The notes: generated from the sequence alone by a model not told the origin. 64,000 bases of DNA from Gammaproteobacteria bacterium (GCA_002717445.1 PBDY01000027.1:32747-96746); one strand, 5' to 3'; positions 28,425 through 38,297 are shown, counted from the first letter of the stretch. Program-made: numbers and translations.

Positions 28425-30599
28425 ATGAATTTGACCTCCCAAGAATACCTCGCCAGACTTCTCGCCAAAGAGAATCTGACTATCCAACACGGTAACTACT
28501 CTACTGCCTCATTTGATACTGAGAATCGTATCCTTAGACTTCCATTATGGGAAGATAAAGGTAAGGCAGTTTATGACCTATTGGTTGGACATGAGGTAGG
28601 ACACGCACTATACACTCCTAATGAGGGATTGCACTCTGCATTGTCTGAGGGTGATATACCTAAACCATATTTAAACATTGTTGAAGATATTCGTATTGAA
28701 CGAATGATTCAAGAAACATATCCAGGAATTGTCAAGGCTTTTCGTGCTGGATATAAACGTCTGTTTGATGATAACCTATTTGGTACTAACGATAGAGAAC
28801 CAACTTCTCTTATGGATAGACTGAATGTTCATTCTAAAGGTCGTGGTCTTTTCCCAGTAGAATTTGATGATGAAGAATCACCATTAGTCAAAGAGGCAAT
28901 GGAAGTCAAAACTTGGGAAGATGTTGTTGTGGTTTGTAAGAAACTAAAAGAATTTTTAGATGCTCGTTGCGAAGAAGAAGAAGAAGCAATGGGTGTTGGT
29001 GATATGGGTGAGTCTGAATCAGAAGAAATTGAAGATTCAAGTGCTGATAGTGGTTCAGGCCCAAGTGAAGAAGAATCTGAAGAATCGGAAGAAGAATCTG
29101 AATCTGAGGGTGGTGAATCAGGCTCTGAGAGTTCTGAGGAAGAAGGTGAAGGCGAGGGTGAAGAATCCGAAGAAAGTTCTGCTGGTTCAAGTGGTGGTGA
29201 AGAACTTGTAGAAAAGGCAACTGATACCTTTACTGAGGAAACTTTCCGTAAGAACGAAGAAGAATTATTAGACATTAAACCAGACCGTTATGGTAGAAAA
29301 CGCCAAAGTCGTTTTACTTCTGGAATGTCTGAATCAAGTATTGAGGGTGCAGTTTACGGTTATAAAGAAGTTATGGACGCTCGTGAAGAAGAACTTGATT
29401 ATGAATCTAGTGAAGGCTGTTATATGACTAACCGTGAGTTGTCAGAAAAATGGTTGACTATTAAAAAGAAATTAGACAGTACTGCGAGTTTACTTGCAAA
29501 AGACTTCGAAAGGAAGAAAGCTGCGTATGAGTACTCAAGGGCGACTGTCGCTAAGAAGGGAAGTTTAAACCCCAACAAACTTCACCAATACAAATACTCT
29601 GAGGATATATTCCTAACTACTACTCGACTTGCACAAGCAAAATCACACGGTATCGTTTCTTTTATCGATATGAGTGGTTCAATGTGTGAGATAATCGAAG
29701 ATGTTGTTTGTCAGGCAATGACTATCGCAATGTTCTGTAAGAAAGTTAATATCCCATTTAGGTTTTACACTTTCACTTCTCGTTGGACTTCTGTTGACGA
29801 TAGAGATGAAGAAGCGAAACCAACTGAGATTGAGAACACAAACTCTTTAAAGATTTGTGAAGTACTGAGTAACGAAATGAAATCTTCTGAATTCAAACTT
29901 GCATTGAAAGGTTTGTATGGTACTGCTTGTGTTAACGGTTATAGAGGTTATGGTCGTGGTGGTGTTTGGTTAGACCGTCGTAACGCTACTAGGTTTGACG
30001 AAATGGGAACTACTCCTTTAGTCCAAACTACTATTGTTGCTGCTTCAATCGTTAAGAAGTTCCAAAGGAAATACAATGTTCAAAAAACAAACATTATGAT
30101 GTTGACTGATGGCTATGCTGATAGTATCAACGTCAACGTTGATGGCGATTTAAGTGTTGACTCTTATAAAACTACTATGAGATTTGGTGGTAAGATGATT
30201 CACGGTGAGAGTTCTCGTGAGTTGTATCAAGAGTGTCTGAAAAGACTTCGTGAGATTACTGGTGCAAAGATTACTGGTTTCTTCCTTGCTTCTAAACCTC
30301 GTGATATGTATCACGGAATATGGGGTGTTGAGTGGGGCAAACAGTTCAAAGGTGATGATAAGGCAATCAGAAAAGAATGGAACAAGAACAACATAGTGTC
30401 TTTCAAAGATGCTATTGGGTATGATGATTACTTCGTTGTGAAAGTTGGCGACGGGTATCATGGTGATGATGAGTTTACTCTGCCGGAAGATAAAACTCAT
30501 GAAATTAAAGATATCCGGAATGCGTTCAAGAAACACAGTCAAACTAAAAAGAAGGCGAAGATGTTAGTGAATAAAATCTCTGAGGCGGTTGCAGTATGA
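28425..30599 (+). CDS. VWA-domain / HExxH peptidase-like protein (CobT-like partner of MoxR ATPase)
   Basis: HEVGH, acidic E/S/G linker, MIDAS DMSGS, TPL, LTDG. Confidence 0.8.
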   Translation: MNLTSQEYLARLLAKENLTIQHGNYSTASFDTENRILRLPLWEDKGKAVYDLLVGHEVGHALYTPNEGLHSALSEGDIPKPYLNIVEDIRIERMIQETYPGIVKAFRAGYKRLFDDNLFGTNDREPTSLMDRLNVHSKGRGLFPVEFDDEESPLVKEAMEVKTWEDVVVVCKKLKEFLDARCEEEEEAMGVGDMGESESEEIEDSSADSGSGPSEEESEESEEESESEGGESGSESSEEEGEGEGEESEESSAGSSGGEELVEKATDTFTEETFRKNEEELLDIKPDRYGRKRQSRFTSGMSESSIEGAVYGYKEVMDAREEELDYESSEGCYMTNRELSEKWLTIKKKLDSTASLLAKDFERKKAAYEYSRATVAKKGSLNPNKLHQYKYSEDIFLTTTRLAQAKSHGIVSFIDMSGSMCEIIEDVVCQAMTIAMFCKKVNIPFRFYTFTSRWTSVDDRDEEAKPTEIENTNSLKICEVLSNEMKSSEFKLALKGLYGTACVNGYRGYGRGGVWLDRRNATRFDEMGTTPLVQTTIVAASIVKKFQRKYNVQKTNIMMLTDGYADSINVNVDGDLSVDSYKTTMRFGGKMIHGESSRELYQECLKRLREITGAKITGFFLASKPRDMYHGIWGVEWGKQFKGDDKAIRKEWNKNNIVSFKDAIGYDDYFVVKVGDGYHGDDEFTLPEDKTHEIKDIRNAFKKHSQTKKKAKMLVNKISEAVAV

Positions 30600-30607
30600 T
30601 GAATTTA

Positions 30608-30683
30608 ATTCAACTAAAGTTGAATATTAGGCGCTGTCGAAAGGCGAAATTAAGCTTGACATTTGAGCCAGCTGTGGTATAAT
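30608..30683 (+). promoter_or_regulatory. Early promoter with conserved upstream palindromic element (copy 2)
   Basis: ATTCAACT-AA-AGTTGAAT, then ATTAGGCGCTGT...GCGAAA, then TTGACA-16-TATAAT. Confidence 0.7.
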
Positions 30684-30715
30684 ATAATCTGAAATAGAGA
30701 AATAAAGGAAAATAT

Positions 30716-31885
30716 ATGATGTTAAATAATGAAATAATTGAAAAATTGAGTGAGAACTTTGCTGGTCGAACTGAGTTCACCAACAAAGAAGTCTTTTCAG
30801 TTGCTGAAGAATTCGGTATGACTGACAAGAAAGTCTTTCACGCTCTTGCGAAATATCCAAAGGTTGCTCGAGGTGTCTATGACCTCTCGGAAGAATTTGG
30901 TAAACCAAGTGCTGTTGTTGAATCGAAAGTGAAACCTAAACCTGTTATGAAACAGGCATTGAAAGGTGTTGTTTCGGTTTCCAATGACGAAGTGTTTATT
31001 CCTAGAGCGATGCCAGAATTTGTTCCTTGGGGACATTTTGCTGATATCGTGAAAATCATAAAATCACGTATGTTCTACCCAACTTACATTTCTGGATTAT
31101 CTGGAAACGGTAAGACTTTTATGGTGGAACAGGCCGCTGCTAAGGCACGACGTGAGTTTGTTCGAGTTCAGATTTCGCCCGAAACTGATGAAGATGATTT
31201 GATTGGTGGTTTCCGTTTAATCAACGGTGAAACTGTTTTCCAAAAAGGTGCTGTAATTAAGGCAATGGAAGCTGGTGCATTACTTCTGATTGACGAGATT
31301 GACCGTGGAACTAACAAGATTATGTGTCTACAGGGTGTCCTTGAAGGCAAACCAGTTCTTATTAAAAAGACTGGCGAAGTGGTTGAACCCGCTCCAGGTT
31401 TTAACGTGATTGCTACTGCAAACACAAAAGGTAAAGGTTCTGAGGACGGCCGTTTCTCTGCTGCTACTGTTATTGACGAAGCGTTCTTAGAACGATTCAC
31501 TATCAACGTTGAACAAACTTTCCCTCAAATTGCTACTGAGAAAAAGATTGTTATGAAACATATGAAGAAGTTCGAAGTTATAGATGAAGAATTCGCTGAC
31601 TTGCTTGTAGGTTGGGCCGATGCGATTCGTAAGACTTTCTATGATGAAGGAATTGACGAAGTGATTTCCACTCGTCGTCTATGTCATATCGTTCAGACTT
31701 TCTCAATATTCAACAAACGTGATAAGGCAGTTTCTCTTTGTGTTAACCGTTTTGATGATGATACTAAGGAAGCGTTCAAAGACCTTTACGAAAAGGTTGA
31801 TGCTACTATCAATGGTGAAGAACCTGAAGAAGTTCCAACTGGTTCGTATCCGTCTGATGATGATGATACTTGGAATGCTGAATAA
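30716..31885 (+). CDS. MoxR/CobS-like AAA+ ATPase
   Basis: GLSGNGKT, LLIDEID, TANTKGKG, AFLERF, STRRL. Confidence 0.9.
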   Translation: MMLNNEIIEKLSENFAGRTEFTNKEVFSVAEEFGMTDKKVFHALAKYPKVARGVYDLSEEFGKPSAVVESKVKPKPVMKQALKGVVSVSNDEVFIPRAMPEFVPWGHFADIVKIIKSRMFYPTYISGLSGNGKTFMVEQAAAKARREFVRVQISPETDEDDLIGGFRLINGETVFQKGAVIKAMEAGALLLIDEIDRGTNKIMCLQGVLEGKPVLIKKTGEVVEPAPGFNVIATANTKGKGSEDGRFSAATVIDEAFLERFTINVEQTFPQIATEKKIVMKHMKKFEVIDEEFADLLVGWADAIRKTFYDEGIDEVISTRRLCHIVQTFSIFNKRDKAVSLCVNRFDDDTKEAFKDLYEKVDATINGEEPEEVPTGSYPSDDDDTWNAE

Positions 31886-31908
31886 AAAATATTAACCGTT
31901 CTCCTTTC

Positions 31909-31937
31909 CCCCCTTACATTGTGTGAGGGGGTTTTTT
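31909..31937 (+). terminator. Rho-independent terminator
   Basis: CCCCCTTACA-TTG-TGTGAGGGGG followed by TTTTTT. Confidence 0.85.
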
Positions 31938-31941
31938 ATAC

Positions 31942-31970
31942 TTGACTTTTGGTCAAGTTTTCTGTATAAT
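31942..31970 (+). promoter_or_regulatory. Sigma70-type promoter, leaderless geometry
   Basis: TTGACT-17-TATAAT, ATG 7 nt downstream at 31978. Confidence 0.8.
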
Positions 31971-31977
31971 ACTTACT

Positions 31978-33396
31978 ATGAATATGAAATTACATAACGC
32001 AGACTGCATTATCAAAATGCAAGAGATGATTAACGAGGGTGTCAAAGTAGATTCTGTTGTTACTGACCCACCATATGAACTTGGATTTATGGGTAAGAGT
32101 TGGGATTCTACTGGAATCGCATTTCAACCAGACACTTGGAAACTCGCATATAAACTCCTAAAACCCGGTGGACACCTCTTAGCGTTCTCTGGTTCTAGGA
32201 CATATCACAGAATGGCAGTTGCAATAGAAGATGCAGGGTTCGAGATTCGTGACCAAATGATGTGGTTATACGGTTCCGGATTTCCTAAAAGTTTGAACTT
32301 AGGTAAAGGCGTTGACAGGCGCCTCGGAAATGAAAGAATAAAGACTGGCGAAACAAAGACACACGCTAGAAAAGGTGTTGCGATTGCAGAAGAAAGAAGT
32401 GCAATTGGCGCTGGTGCATTTGGTCAAGAAACAGAAGAAGAAGTAACCGTTGGAACATCTGAATGGGAAGGTTGGGGTACTGCTTTAAAACCAGCACACG
32501 AACCTGTGGTGGTTGCAAGGAAACCACTATCGGAAAAATCTATTGTAGATAATGTATTGAAACACGGAACTGGTGGTATCAATATTGATGGGTGTAGAAT
32601 CGACGGCGAAGTAGTAAGACCAGAATCAAATCCTGATTTCAGAGATATCGCTGATAAAGCAATGGCACAAGGTGGAGTGAACAAACTCAACTTTAATCAA
32701 ATGTCAGGTGCAAAGAGAAAAACAACTAAAAGAAAATCTAGAAGTAAAGACGGTGTATGGACTGATGATAATTCTGGAATGAGTGCAGAGGGTTCTGTAT
32801 ATGCTGATGCCGACCCCAGAGGAAGATTCCCTGCTAATGTTATGCACGATGGAAGTGATGTGATTACAAAAGAGTTCCCACAAACAGGTAAATCATCTGG
32901 TGGTGGTGGCGATAAAACCGTATCAAAGAATAAAAACGTTTTTGATGGTGGTTGGGGAAATATTCAATATGAAGATAACATTGGATATGGTGATAATGGT
33001 TCAGCAGCAAGATTCTTCTATTGTCCAAAGGTTTCCCAAACAGAAAGGAATGATGGATTAGATTCATTTGAAACAAAACAAACTCAAGGTGGTGGTGGTG
33101 GAATAGGTGATTATCAAGATGATGTCAATTCTGCTAGTGGTAAGTTCGGTAGTGAGAAAGCACCTAGTAAGAATACCCACCCAACAGTAAAACCTGTTGA
33201 GTTAATGAAATACCTTTGTAGATTGGTTACCCCGAAAGGTGGTACAGTCCTTGACCCATTTATGGGTTCTGGTTCAACTGGGATAGCCGCAAAAGATGAG
33301 GGATTCAATTTTATCGGAATCGAAAGAGAAAAGGAATACTATAATATTGCCAAATCTCGGATAGGGTCTAGTTCACCCTTAATGGACTTTATGTAA
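31978..33396 (+). CDS. DNA methyltransferase (beta class, DPPY; N6-adenine likely)
   Basis: TDPPY near the N-terminus; HPTVKP and DPFMGSGSTG near the C-terminus. Confidence 0.9.
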   Translation: MNMKLHNADCIIKMQEMINEGVKVDSVVTDPPYELGFMGKSWDSTGIAFQPDTWKLAYKLLKPGGHLLAFSGSRTYHRMAVAIEDAGFEIRDQMMWLYGSGFPKSLNLGKGVDRRLGNERIKTGETKTHARKGVAIAEERSAIGAGAFGQETEEEVTVGTSEWEGWGTALKPAHEPVVVARKPLSEKSIVDNVLKHGTGGINIDGCRIDGEVVRPESNPDFRDIADKAMAQGGVNKLNFNQMSGAKRKTTKRKSRSKDGVWTDDNSGMSAEGSVYADADPRGRFPANVMHDGSDVITKEFPQTGKSSGGGGDKTVSKNKNVFDGGWGNIQYEDNIGYGDNGSAARFFYCPKVSQTERNDGLDSFETKQTQGGGGGIGDYQDDVNSASGKFGSEKAPSKNTHPTVKPVELMKYLCRLVTPKGGTVLDPFMGSGSTGIAAKDEGFNFIGIEREKEYYNIAKSRIGSSSPLMDFM

Positions 33397-33398
33397 AC

Positions 33399-33427
33399 TT
33401 GACTTTAATGGTCAATTAGAGTATAAT
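33399..33427 (+). promoter_or_regulatory. Sigma70-type promoter for gp45
   Basis: TTGACT-17-TATAAT. Confidence 0.8.
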
Positions 33428-33457
33428 GGCCAGTAACAATTAATATAAGGATTAATT

Positions 33458-34162
33458 ATGAAACTTAGTAATGAAACAAAGGAAGTTTTAGATAACTTCG
33501 CAGGTATAAATGCAAATTTAGTTATAGGCGACGAAGGTTTCGTTAGGTCTGTAACAACTGCAAAGAACCTTTTAGCAAAGGCAACGATTACAGATAACTT
33601 CCCATATAAGTTTGGGATATATGATTTGAATTCGTTCCTTGGTAGTATGGCAATGTTCGACGACCCAGACTTGGAATTTGACGACAAACAGAAGTTTGTT
33701 AAGATTAAAGATAAAGGTCGAGTTCTAATATATCGATTTGCAGACATTGGTAATCTTGTAACATCTGACAAAGATGTCAATATGCCAGAGGTAGATGTAT
33801 CATTTACATTATCCCATACTGACCTTATGACCATTAAGAAAGCATCTGCAACTTTACAAGCATCTCACTTCGTTGTTAAGAAACACGAACACGTAGATAC
33901 TGATGGCAATGTTAGTGATGTTCTATTGGGTGTCGTAACAGATACTAAGAACGCTTCTTCAAACGAATTTGCAATAGAGTTAAATAATTCTAGTATAAAT
34001 ACTTCTGAAACATTTGAGTTTGTGTTTGATATTAACAATTTCAAATTCATTGTTTCTGATGATTATAACTTTGAAGTGAGTTCAAAATTGATATCGTCTA
34101 TTAAAACACCGACAGTAACTTACTGGTCGGCATTATTGAAAACATCTAAGTATGGAGAGTAA
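33458..34162 (+). CDS. gp45: Sliding clamp
   Basis: MKLSNET...NFAGIN, FGIYDLNSFL. Confidence 0.93.
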   Translation: MKLSNETKEVLDNFAGINANLVIGDEGFVRSVTTAKNLLAKATITDNFPYKFGIYDLNSFLGSMAMFDDPDLEFDDKQKFVKIKDKGRVLIYRFADIGNLVTSDKDVNMPEVDVSFTLSHTDLMTIKKASATLQASHFVVKKHEHVDTDGNVSDVLLGVVTDTKNASSNEFAIELNNSSINTSETFEFVFDINNFKFIVSDDYNFEVSSKLISSIKTPTVTYWSALLKTSKYGE

Positions 34163-34166
34163 GAAA

Positions 34167-34457
34167 ATGGCAGAAGAAACAACTGAAGCACAAACACCTG
34201 AAGCACCCGAACTATCATTAATTGACTTAAGTTCAGTTATTAAGATTATTGATGTGGTAACAAAGCGTGGAGCATTTGATGGTGGTGAAATGGCCGATGT
34301 AGGTGCAGTCCGTAACAGACTTGCAACCTTTTTAGAACATGCAACTGGTCAAAAACACCCTGAAGAAGCTACCCCACCGGAATCTCAAACAGATACCGAA
34401 GAAAAAGCTGAAGAACGTAAAGCAAGGGTAAAAGACAAAGACACGAAAAAATCCTAA
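34167..34457 (+). CDS. Hypothetical protein
   Basis: IIDVVTKRGAF.G.E...VG pattern; GGAG RBS. Confidence 0.65.
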   Translation: MAEETTEAQTPEAPELSLIDLSSVIKIIDVVTKRGAFDGGEMADVGAVRNRLATFLEHATGQKHPEEATPPESQTDTEEKAEERKARVKDKDTKKS

Positions 34458-34678
34458 TGGGTAAAATATCAAAAGAGTGGCGTATCTTCCTAATGATACC
34501 TGCTGTTGTGGTGTTCATTGGCATTTGGTTAACTGGATTTAGTGTAGTATCTTGGGTACTTTATGTACCTATAGTATTATTACCGTTTGCATCAATTACT
34601 GGATATTGTCCAGGTATGCATATCGTTCGTTGGTGCAGAAAAAGTAAAGGCAGATTTGCTCACGGAATTGGGAAGTGA
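34457..34678 (+). CDS. Small membrane protein (DUF2892/YgaP-like)
   Basis: Two TM helices followed by TGYCPG. Confidence 0.5.
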   Translation: MGKISKEWRIFLMIPAVVVFIGIWLTGFSVVSWVLYVPIVLLPFASITGYCPGMHIVRWCRKSKGRFAHGIGK

Positions 34679-35904
34679 AAGTAGTCATAGTCGGTGGTGG
34701 TACTGCTGGTTGGTGGACTGCTGGTTGTTTAGAACATAACTTTCCCGATTGGGATATCACCTTAATAGAATCTAAAGACATTCCCATTGTGGGTGTCGGT
34801 GAATCAACTGTACCTCAAATAGGAAACTTCCTATCCAATATCGGAATCGAAGATAGTCATTGGTTAGCGAATTCTAACGCATTAAAGAAATATGGTAATC
34901 GAAAGATTAACTGGCGTAAGAGTGGTGATGATAATTTCGATTGGACATTTTGGTACAACTACAATAAGAAGTTCGAAGGTTGGGCGCAAAAGTTTCGCAA
35001 GGGGGAAGTTGACTTGGATTCCCTTAATGATTTTTACGACCCAAACGATTGGTCAGGATATGCGTATCACGTAGATGCATTTGAAATGGGAAGAATGGTT
35101 AAAGACCATTGTAAGAATGTTAAACACGTATATGCAACTCTGACGGAGAAACCAGAAGCAGATTTGGTATTTGACTGTTCCGGATTTGCTGCTAGATTCG
35201 TAGAAGATAAAACAAAACAACATTACCCCCACACAATAATCGATAGAGCATTTGTCGGGCCACACGAACCTAGAGATGATTTACCAATGGTAACTCAAAG
35301 TATCGGTAGAGATTATGGTTGGCAGTTTATCGTTAAGTTAAAGAATAGAGTTGGTGTTGGATATGTTTATTCATCTCGACACGTATCTGACGAAGATGCA
35401 TATAAAGAATTTGAAGAAATGATTGACGAGGGTGGTTTTGTTCCTATGGGTTTACCCTCAGAAGCAAATTCATATAATGACAAACATATGTTTTTTAAAT
35501 GGGAGCCACACGCATTGACTAACCCTTGGAGTGGTAATGTTGTTGCGATTGGTACTACTGCTGGATTTATCGACCCACTAGAAGCGAACGCACTATTCCA
35601 TATCCAACACGGTATTGAAACCTTTGTTAAATGTTGGAAACGAGGTTACGGTAAAAAGACATATAACAAAGCAGTTCGTATCTCTTGGAACAATACAGTA
35701 GATTTAATGAAACACCACTATGCATTGTCTGATAGAGATGATACAGAGTTCTGGCGTTATTGGGATTGTTGCAGAGAAGAATGTAGACAATCGGTTTGGG
35801 ATAACTATGAAAAAAGACACAATCTAGAAACGAATTTATATCCATCATCTATATGGGCAACAATGGCCGCATACTTTGATGAATGGAAAAGAGCACCATT
35901 TTGA
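34675..35904 (+). CDS. Flavin-dependent tryptophan-halogenase-like protein
   Basis: GGGTAGW, GVGEST, AYHVDA, DCSGF, FIDPLEA, RDDTEFW. Confidence 0.85.
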   Translation: MKVVIVGGGTAGWWTAGCLEHNFPDWDITLIESKDIPIVGVGESTVPQIGNFLSNIGIEDSHWLANSNALKKYGNRKINWRKSGDDNFDWTFWYNYNKKFEGWAQKFRKGEVDLDSLNDFYDPNDWSGYAYHVDAFEMGRMVKDHCKNVKHVYATLTEKPEADLVFDCSGFAARFVEDKTKQHYPHTIIDRAFVGPHEPRDDLPMVTQSIGRDYGWQFIVKLKNRVGVGYVYSSRHVSDEDAYKEFEEMIDEGGFVPMGLPSEANSYNDKHMFFKWEPHALTNPWSGNVVAIGTTAGFIDPLEANALFHIQHGIETFVKCWKRGYGKKTYNKAVRISWNNTVDLMKHHYALSDRDDTEFWRYWDCCREECRQSVWDNYEKRHNLETNLYPSSIWATMAAYFDEWKRAPF

Positions 35905-36317
35905 GTGAACTAACAGTATTTGGAGATTCAGTTAAGGATAATCCCTTATCCGAGTGGCGAACTTTCGAGAATTATGTATGCAATATACTGAAACCGAAAT
36001 ACCAAAATGTCCAAGAACAAGTATCAATTGGTACAAAGGTCAATGGTAGAAAACATATCATAGATGTCTATGTACCCAAACCAAGAATATTGGTATCAGT
36101 AAAACTACAAAACACAGGTGGTACTGCTGAAGAAAAGGTTGCATATGAAATGTTCACCCTACAAAGAGCATGTGATAAGTACGGATACAGTCGTGCATAT
36201 CTTGTTTTAGGTGGTGATGCGTGGACAATCAAAAAAGACCTTTATGAGATAAGTGATTTATACCCCCAAGTTACAATACTTGAATATGAAGATGATAAAA
36301 ACTTGTCTTTAATATAG
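35883..36317 (+). CDS. PD-(D/E)XK nuclease-like protein
   Basis: HIIDV...VSVKLQNTGGTAEEK. Confidence 0.7.
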   Translation: MEKSTILSELTVFGDSVKDNPLSEWRTFENYVCNILKPKYQNVQEQVSIGTKVNGRKHIIDVYVPKPRILVSVKLQNTGGTAEEKVAYEMFTLQRACDKYGYSRAYLVLGGDAWTIKKDLYEISDLYPQVTILEYEDDKNLSLI

Positions 36318-36331
36318 GGATATGGTATAAT
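36303..36331 (+). promoter_or_regulatory. Sigma70-type promoter upstream of gp44
   Basis: TTGTCT-17-TATAAT with a TG extension. Confidence 0.6.
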
Positions 36332-36499
36332 GGTAAATAGAAATAAACATAATGATGGTAAAGAAGGACGTCACGCAAAAGGCAGAAAGGGTGATATACC
36401 TTTAAGGCAATTCAATAATAAGAGAGATGACTATTGGGATGCAAAGACCAACGAATGGTTGAAAAAAAATGAAAAGTAATTATATTATGGAGCAAGTGA

Positions 36500-37438
36500 A
36501 TGAAAGAGTTTTTATGGGTAGAGAAATACAGACCTCAGAAGATTGAGGATTGCATATTACCAAAAACATTAAAGAATACCTTTAATGAAATAATCAAAGG
36601 GGGCGAACTCCCAAATATGATGTTTACTGGTACTGCTGGTGTCGGTAAAACTACGGTTGCACGAGCGTTGTGTAATGAGTTAGGATTAGATAATATAGTT
36701 GTCAATGGTTCTGAGGACGGTAACATTGATACACTTCGTGGTAAAATTAAACAGTTTGCAAGTACAGTATCACTACAGGGTGGATACAAAGTAGTTATAT
36801 TAGATGAAGCAGATTACTTAAATCCACAATCAACACAACCAGCATTGCGTGGTTTCATTGAGGAGTTCTCAAGTAACTGTAGGTTTATCCTTACGTGTAA
36901 TTTCAAGAATCGTATCATTGAACCACTACACTCTAGATGTTCTTTATACGATTTCAATGTAGGTACAACCGAACTCAAGACACAATTGAAGTTGGATTTC
37001 ATGAAACGTGTATGGGATATATTAGATAAAGAGGAAATCAAATATGAAAATGTAGTTCTTGCTGAACTCATTCATAAACATTTTCCGGATTGGCGTAGAG
37101 TCTTAAACGAGTTACAGAGATATGGAATGTCTGGTAATATCGACGCTGGTATCCTAGTAACTGTATCTGAGGAAAACGTTAAGAAACTTATGTCATATCT
37201 AAAGGACAAAGACTTTAAGGGTATGCGTAAATGGGTTACTGAGAATATGGACTTGGAGTCTGCGAAGTTGTTTAGAATGATATATGACAATATGAAAACA
37301 TATGTTGAACCACGTTCTATCCCAGCGTTAGTAGTAATACTTGCAGATTATTCTTACAAGGATTCCTTTATGGCAGACCACGAATTGAATGTGGTTGCGT
37401 GTTTAACCGAAGTAATGAGTCAAGTGAAATTCGTATGA
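36500..37438 (+). CDS. gp44: Clamp loader ATPase subunit
   Basis: LWVEKYRP, GTAGVGKT, LDEAD, SRC. Confidence 0.96.
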   Translation: MKEFLWVEKYRPQKIEDCILPKTLKNTFNEIIKGGELPNMMFTGTAGVGKTTVARALCNELGLDNIVVNGSEDGNIDTLRGKIKQFASTVSLQGGYKVVILDEADYLNPQSTQPALRGFIEEFSSNCRFILTCNFKNRIIEPLHSRCSLYDFNVGTTELKTQLKLDFMKRVWDILDKEEIKYENVVLAELIHKHFPDWRRVLNELQRYGMSGNIDAGILVTVSEENVKKLMSYLKDKDFKGMRKWVTENMDLESAKLFRMIYDNMKTYVEPRSIPALVVILADYSYKDSFMADHELNVVACLTEVMSQVKFV

Positions 37439-37803
37439 GTCCATTCGACTACTTAAAGGCAATAAACTCAACCAAGAAAGATATCTTTGAGTCTGAAAAG
37501 GATTACTCACCGTTTATGATTAACCGTGGGTTATCTTATTTTCCAGATACAGTATTGTTTGCAAATGAAATGAATAAGTACCACCATATCGACCACAGGT
37601 TGCAATTCGATTTTCTTATAAATATTATTAGGAAACGAAATCGTTTCTCAAAGTGGAATAAGAAAATCAAACTTAGTGATTTAGATGCCGTCAAATCTTA
37701 CTACGGATACTCTAGTGAAAAGGCAAGAGATGTACTTCCACTTTTAAGTAAAGAACAACTTAAAATAATAAAGGAAAGTATAAATTATGGTGGAGTACAA
37801 TGA
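37435..37803 (+). CDS. gp62: Clamp loader small subunit
   Basis: YSPFMINRGLSYF, ANEMN, YYGYS. Confidence 0.92.
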   Translation: MSPFDYLKAINSTKKDIFESEKDYSPFMINRGLSYFPDTVLFANEMNKYHHIDHRLQFDFLINIIRKRNRFSKWNKKIKLSDLDAVKSYYGYSSEKARDVLPLLSKEQLKIIKESINYGGVQ

Positions 37804-38197
37804 TGATTTGGTTGATTGGAGTCCGGCAATGATGTTAGAAGTAACACTTTCAGAACCCGACGATTTTCTTAAGATTAAAGAAACCTTAACCCGAATGGGA
37901 GTGGCATCTAAGAAAGACTCTAAGTTATATCAATCATGTCATATCCTACACAAACAAGGTAGATATTTTATAACGCATTTCAAGGAGTTATTCTTGTTAG
38001 ACGGTAAACCCTCTAACCTCACAGAAAATGACTTAATGCGTAGAAATACTATCGTAACATTAATGAGTGATTGGGGATTGTTAACCCCAATGGCTGAGAT
38101 AGGTGATACAGCACCTTTAAACCAGATTAAGATAATATCCCATAAAGATAAGACTAATTGGGAACTTTGTCCAAAATATAATATAGGAATCAAATGA
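37787..38197 (+). CDS. regA: Translational repressor RegA
   Basis: DDFLKIKETLTRMGVAS, LYQSCHILHKQGRYFITHFKELF. Confidence 0.96.
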   Translation: MVEYNDDLVDWSPAMMLEVTLSEPDDFLKIKETLTRMGVASKKDSKLYQSCHILHKQGRYFITHFKELFLLDGKPSNLTENDLMRRNTIVTLMSDWGLLTPMAEIGDTAPLNQIKIISHKDKTNWELCPKYNIGIK

Positions 38198-38203
38198 AAC
38201 CTG

Positions 38204-38211
38204 TATAAATA
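38204..38211 (+). promoter_or_regulatory. Late promoter TATAAATA (hsp20)
   Basis: Exact intergenic motif. Confidence 0.7.
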
Positions 38212-38215
38212 AAAT

Positions 38216-38297
38216 TGAATATGCCGAAAGGGTATTCAGAACCGTAGTCATGGCGACTACATTTTTAACCTTGCTATAATAATAGGAGGACATTATG
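38216..38297 (+). promoter_or_regulatory. ROSE-like RNA thermometer in the hsp20 5' UTR
   Basis: Two upstream hairpins, then CCTTGCTAT-AATA-ATAGGAGG pairs the SD with a bulged G (UUGCU motif). Confidence 0.7.

Noticed and set aside
28425..31885. CobS/CobT as cobalamin-biosynthesis auxiliary genes
   Set aside because: The motifs show only a generic MoxR AAA+ ATPase and a VWA partner. No cobN or other cob genes are in the window.
31941..33415. TTGAC...GTCAA inverted repeats over two -35 boxes as a shared operator
   Set aside because: The spacers differ (5 vs 7 nt) and half of each repeat is simply the -35 box, so chance cannot be excluded.
36330..36479. 49-aa ORF MVNRNKHNDG... before gp44
   Set aside because: Its ATG overlaps the promoter -10 box and it has no motif; it could be real via read-through but is unsupported.
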